From: the human T2T-CHM13v2.0 reference genome, Homo sapiens | Assembly: GCF_009914755.1 (NCBI RefSeq) | Contig: NC_060927.1 | Length of the DNA: 64,000 nt | Reading direction: 5' to 3' (one strand) | Shown: piece by piece, positions 58,481 to 64,000 of the stretch | Layout of the letters: every line of letters begins with the position of its first letter | How positions within the stretch are numbered: position 1 is the stretch's first letter | The notes under the pieces: generated by a model | Databases searched by the model: none | What the model was told of the DNA's origin: nothing | Seen by the model: the letters and a program-made list of their open reading frames with translations, nothing else | Made by a program: the position numbers and the translations under genes

Positions 58481-61400
58481 CCACCCATCCATTATTTTGT
58501 TTCCTTCATTCATTCACAGATTCATTCATTTAACAGGTATCTTTGATGTTGTAGGTACCATGTTAAATGATAGAGAAGATTCTGGTGAACAAGCTTCCTG
58601 ACCTTAAATAACTGATAACATAGATGAGAAAAACAGGCAATGAGAATTCCAGGTGTTAACTGCCAGAGTACAGTAATCTGCGTGTGTTGTGAGAGCTGAG
58701 TGGAGGAGCATCTGACTCAGATTTAGTGGGGTGGTGTGATTGGCAAAGGCTTCTGAGAGGAAGTGACATCTAGGTTGAGGCCTGAAGGATAAGAAAGGGT
58801 GACTGAGGTGAAGGTCAGAGGAAGGTGGTCTTATGATGAAGAGGTACTACAAGAGAAGAGTGTATTCCAGGTAAAGGGGGAAAAGAACACATGCAGGACC
58901 TGTGAGATCTATTCCTCAATGCTGCAGATGCATGGCCCCATACGATCACAATTCAAATTTGACCAGAAGGACCTCTGCTGCTCTAAGTGAATTTATATGT
59001 CAGATTGTGATACTATTAACAAGTAAATCCTTTGTGATAATAATTCTCAAAAGAATTAAAAAGTCTTTTTTAACTTTTTTCTTCCAAACAGCCTCATGAG
59101 CATTATAATTCTAAAGTGGGTAAAACTGACCACTGCGAGGACAAATTACTCACCTGAAGCTGGCGGGTGATATTAGAAGCCCAACATTATAAGGTGCAGG
59201 CTGAGTCAAACTGCTGTCGTCACCAGAAGCCTCCATCGGAAGGCCACCGTACTAAAAAGAAGTCTACTTTGGGATGGCCTAAAATGTGCTAGTCACCATG
59301 TCGAATCATGTCATCTCACCAAATCCTCACTGTGACCCTTGAGCAAAGTCTGCCATAGAATTCCCATTTGGCAGATGAGCTAAGTGAAGTCTAGAAATTC
59401 AGAGTCAACTTTTCAGAGCCACACACTGAACAGAATTTTGCCTACAACATGTTGTTTCTAGGATGTAAACAAAATGAGATGTGGATGTGTGGATAGAGCA
59501 CTTTTCTCTTGTCCAATTATTCTGCCCTATATCTGAAAGTCTGGGCTCTACTCTCATGGTATCAAGAAGGCCCCTCTCCCCTGAACAACCAATGGGCTTC
59601 ACAATGAACAGGAAGTCCACTGAGGGGCTCCAACATCATCAAGACTCGCCTGGTGACATGGCTTAAAGTCTGATAGCTAACTAGATCAAGAATCTCCTTT
59701 TTAGAAGGGGTAGGTGTTACAACCCAGTAAAGGGAATACACTTTGATAGCAACTCTCCAGTAAGAGGCTTGGCAAATCATTGAGAGGAAAATAAAATAAT
59801 TCACTTTAGGTGTATTTGGCATCGGATTAGTGAAGATAATGATTCAGAGTGTAGGTGCCAGCGTTCAAGCTTCCGGGCTTCAAATTCCAGCCATATTATT
59901 TACTAAATGCATGATCATTGATAAATTAACCTACCTAAGCCGCAAGTTGCCCCTATTAAATGAGGATAAAAATATAAATACTACATCAGAGAGTTATGGA
60001 AAGGGCTAAATGAAGCACTTCATGTGAAAATACTCAACATAGTGCCTAGTTTGTAGCTTAGTAAACAATAAGCTTTATTATTTTTATTATCTTCAGTATT
60101 AGGGCCATTGTACTATACAACTCTAGGGGACGCTCCTCACATTGTATAAAAATGGCATCCCTCAAAGTTGTGCAGTATACAACCTGTGTGGCTGTACAGA
60201 ACATCCCTGATGACCATGGCCATGGTGAGGGTGCAGAAACTGTGCTTCTCTAGGCAGATGCTTGGATTATTTCTCAAAAAGAGGATGGTGCCATATCCTA
60301 CGGACCAAGCATGCAATACACCTTGCCAACAAACTGGTGGGTTTTAATAGTCCACATAGGGGACTATTAAAAGGGGAAGCAAAAGGCAAAGTGCATACTC
60401 AAGCAAACAAGAGTTCTGAGGTGGTGGCCAGGGACCGCTAAGAAAGAAGGGGTATCCTGTAATGGGGGGCTCCTGCACATCCCATTCAGTGGGCTGAGAG
60501 GCTGCCCTGTGGCACACTCTCTGACCTCAGGTCAAGACGTCACTAGGTGTGGGAGAAAAGTGGAAACGTGTGCCTGCATCAGTGGATATCAGGTAAAACG
60601 GTGGCTGAAAGAATGGATGTGAGAGGCGGTGGCAGCAAGATCGGAGGTGAGGGCTGTGATTTAGGGGAGCCTGAAGGGTTCTGTCTTATCAAGTGACCAC
60701 CCAGTTTACTGTTGAACAAGGGCGCTTTTGATCATAAAAGTAGGAAGAATTAATAATTACATGAGGACTACCCCAGGCAAACAGGAGGCGTGGCCACCCT
60801 TTTCCTGATTTGATCAATTAAGGTAATTGCCCAGTTACTGTCGTCCTTCACGCTCAGTCTTGCTGCTTTGGGGACATTCTGAGCAGGCTGTCAGCAGGCC
60901 TTGCATGTATGGGAAACATGAAGACTTTTGGTGGGGCTTCTCCCCACCTCCAGCTGCCCTGGGCCTCACTCTGCCAATGAGAGGCCTCCTGTAGAATACC
61001 ATAGGAATATCATAGGAGATACTCCTATGATATTCCGTCCACTTTCACCACCCCAGTATTCCTTCCTTAGACCCTCCACTTTGGGTGAAGGCAGATGAGA
61101 AAGCGTGTTCCCAGGAGGGTGACTATTAGACTCTGCTTTTCCTGTTACTCACAGAGTCTTTTCTCTTTGTGAGAATGGCAACCCTCTAGTAAGCTTCTTA
61201 AATAGAGGCCCAGGCCAGGTTATCTCCTGAAGCCGTCTATTCTTCCACAGAGTTTAACAGGAATATTTGAGTAAGGTTTAAAAAAGATCCATCTGCACGA
61301 CACATGCAAAGAAGTAAATTTTAGGCATATTGTGCATGATCAGAGAAGAGGAATTTCCTCAGTGCATATGTGGCAAGGTTTTTCCATTCTTCGGGATGCA

Positions 61401-62839
61401 AAAGGAATTGTAAACAGAGTGTGCATTTTCGTGATTGGCTCTAGCATTTTCAAAAGCTGGCTAAAGCACAAGCAGTCAGCTTAGATTCATTTCTGAACAC
61501 TCTCTTACTTTCCGCTCCTCGGAGCAGGGTTGAGTTTAGCGTGACACAAAGAGGGAGATGGAGAGAGCAGGCCATGGTAGGTCTGAAAAAAAGAGAATCA
61601 AGAGGTCACACTGAGGGGGAGAGCGAGAGAGATGAGGGAGTCTCCTCTTCCTTCTATATCTGACGTTGCCAATCCCCAAACCATAATAGATAACACTATT
61701 ACCTCCAGTTTTCTCAGAACAACTCTGAAAAGTTATTTTATCCCCATTCTACAAATGGATAATCCAAGGCTCAGAGAAATCAAGAATCCTTGTTCTAATT
61801 CCCTTGGCTAATGTGTGGCAGTGCTAGGATATGAACCAAGTCTGTAGAATTTTATAGTCTCTAGGGTTCCAAATAACTGGTGTGGCTCAAGAGCTGTTAA
61901 TCTGAAATGTAACTGCTTTAGGCATTCCTCCCTGCCACTGTCTGGTGGGAATAAAAAAGTAAAGAAGGAAAACAGGAAAAAGACTGAGTAGATGGAGAGG
62001 GTGAGTTTCCTAAAGAAAAGAAATTACTGCAACCAATGGAAGTAATCCATGAGGAGGCGAGGGAAGAGGAAGACAGGGCTGGGCGGCTGAATCCCAATGG
62101 GGTAAAGAATGCAGTTCTAGTATTTCTTAATGGTTTAAGAGAACAAGCTTAGCATGAAGTCTTGCTTCTTCCACTTGCTAGGTGCTAGGTATGTGACACT
62201 TGGACAAATGACACAGATTCTGTGAACCTCAGTTTTTTCACCTGCAAAATGGGATGATGATAATAATAATAATGCTCACCTTGTCTGGTGGTTAAAAAGA
62301 TTAAGGGAAGCAATGAACAAAAAGTACCCAGCACAGTGCCAGGGGTACAGTCTAACTGTTCTCCAAACCATACCCTTTCTTTATGTTCTGAAAAACTCTT
62401 CATGGTGGGGAATTTCCTGCCTTATTTTTCATTATCTCTGCACCTCAAGCAGCATGCATTTTGTTTTTTATGCCAACATCAGTGGATATTGTTTTGCTTT
62501 CTAATTCTTTCCCCCCCTTTTCTACAGTTTAATCTTCTGTTCTGGAAACAGAGGTTACCTCCTATAAAACCTCCCTGGCCAAACTTTTCCCCATGGACAC
62601 AATGTTTTCCTTAACCAAACATTAACTTGAAGCCAGGGAAAAAGCAAGGCCTGTCCACTTCTGCACGGACCATCAACGGAGCAGTTTCTTCAGATACCAT
62701 CCTTTTTTTTTTTTTTTAAATGTTAGAAATCTTTCACTAATTAATCAAGGTTTCACATGAATGCCTATCTTCTACCTGACAGCCAAAGTCATAGAAAGAG
62801 GAAAAATACAGAGTAGGTTCTACCTAAAGTCTGCCCTGC

Positions 62840-63411
62840 GGCTATTTAAACAGATACAGAATGACCAAATCTGGAGACACGTATTTAAAATATTCCTTCT
62901 ATCTCCCCCTCCTTCTGTGAAAGATATCTGAATGCATTCGGCCCACAGCCTGTTAAAGTTTTTTTTTTTTTTTTTGAGGCGGCCAGACTTGGAACACTCA
63001 GGAATACAGACAGACGTAGGAATTGCTTAAAAACAAGAAGTTCTCCCACCCTTGTTGGAGCGAATGCGCGAGTCTGACAGTGAACCTTTTGGGAAAGAGC
63101 CAGCATTGTAACCGTGCTCGGTGACTTCTCTGGCTTTATAGGGAACAGATGTGAGGATAGCAAGGGGCGCACACGTGAAATGCCTGGCAGGTACCCCTTT
63201 GTGGCTCTACTTACTTCTTGCCATTCCTCTGCCCTCCAAGTGTAGAGGGGACACCGTGGGCCTTGGCAGTCGCGTTCCGACTCCGGTCTGGTGTATGGGT
63301 TGCACTCGGTCTCTCTGGCTATTTTGTGTGTTCCGATCTGACAGCCCACATGCCTCTGCTGTACGCCTCGGCCACAGGACACAGAGCACTAAGAAGACAG
63401 AGAACGTAAGT
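62840..63411 (+). ncRNA. probable 5' exon region of an antisense lncRNA (recalled ADAMTS9-AS1 locus); start uncertain
   Basis: plus-strand donor AAC|GTAAGT at 63405/63406; locally CpG-enriched; TATTTAAA at 62843-62850 and 62882-62889; identity is from recall, not provable from the sequence. Confidence 0.45.
63215..63388 (-). CDS. ADAMTS9: ADAMTS9 coding exon (probably exon 30), TSR module, 174 nt, phase 0-0
   Basis: cttag|TGC...GAA|gtaagt; translates [58 protein letters not shown]; splices in frame with the downstream exons into a recognisable ADAMTS9 C-terminus. Confidence 0.96.
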
Positions 63412-64000
63412 GGGAGCTTCGGCTCATTTATTTTTTGGGGGGGCGGGGGGTGTCGAGGGTCACAGAGGAGGGGAATGCACTCCTAATCCAATGACTTTCA
63501 TAGCTATCACATCGCTTTCTAATTTGCAATGAAAGGGATCCTAGATCATGTCTTAAACCTGGAAACTCACTGCTTATCTTATCCACGCTGGAGAGTGAGG
63601 AAGGTGCTCAAGTTTGGAGGAATCCCTCAAGTTAATGTAATTCTTAGAGGATTGAAGAGGTTAATAAAAATCATTATGAATCATTTAGCACAACCTGGAA
63701 ATAGTGCTGCCATGAGAAATGAAAACTTGAAATGATTTCTATCCTGGAGGATTTGAGACTCATGAAAACTGGAGAGACAGTGTTGTACAAGAAGAATTTC
63801 TTGGCAGATTAAAAATATAACCCAAGGAGAAGTAAACCACTGAAGATTTTAGGACTTTATAAGTAGAATTATTTTCTCCAGTCTCTTCCTTTTCTTGCTC
63901 CTATTCATGGAGATAAGGCGATATTTTTTTAACCACAGAATTCACTAAAGAATTTGTGTCTATTTACAACCTCAGATGAATATATGAAGAATAAAAGCTG

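Noticed and set aside
60100-60210. CTCF-like CTCTAGGGGACGCT
   Set aside because: Sits in a probable MER91-type repeat and has a mismatch in the GGC core; too weak to call

Overview
Primate (almost certainly human) genomic DNA carrying the 3' end of ADAMTS9 on the minus strand. I mapped 10 coding exons by hand (63388 down to the TAG at 23800-23802), all with GT-AG boundaries and consistent phases. They encode the last thrombospondin type-1 repeats and the C-terminal GON-1 domain. A fully non-coding terminal exon runs from 18735 to about 17265, with AATAAA at 17286-17291. Positions 1 to ~17200 are downstream intergenic DNA. About half of the window is interspersed repeat: about 20 Alus, several 5'-truncated L1s, MaLR/ERVL solo LTRs, hAT and Tigger DNA transposons including a near full-length Cheshire-like hAT, MIR/L2, and a U6 retropseudogene. 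Nearly all ORFs in the supplied track are repeat-derived or chance. I found no convincing new gene or wholly new system. The best leads are RNA-processing signals: a 16-nt intronic complement to the terminal 3' splice site, a candidate poison exon, an AG|GTGAGT exon start, an intron read-through isoform ending VPSWEL*, and an antisense donor over a coding exon. Strong Alu strand bias and two perfect hairpins are also noted. Repeat boundaries, subfamily calls and exon numbers come from eye and recall and are approximate.
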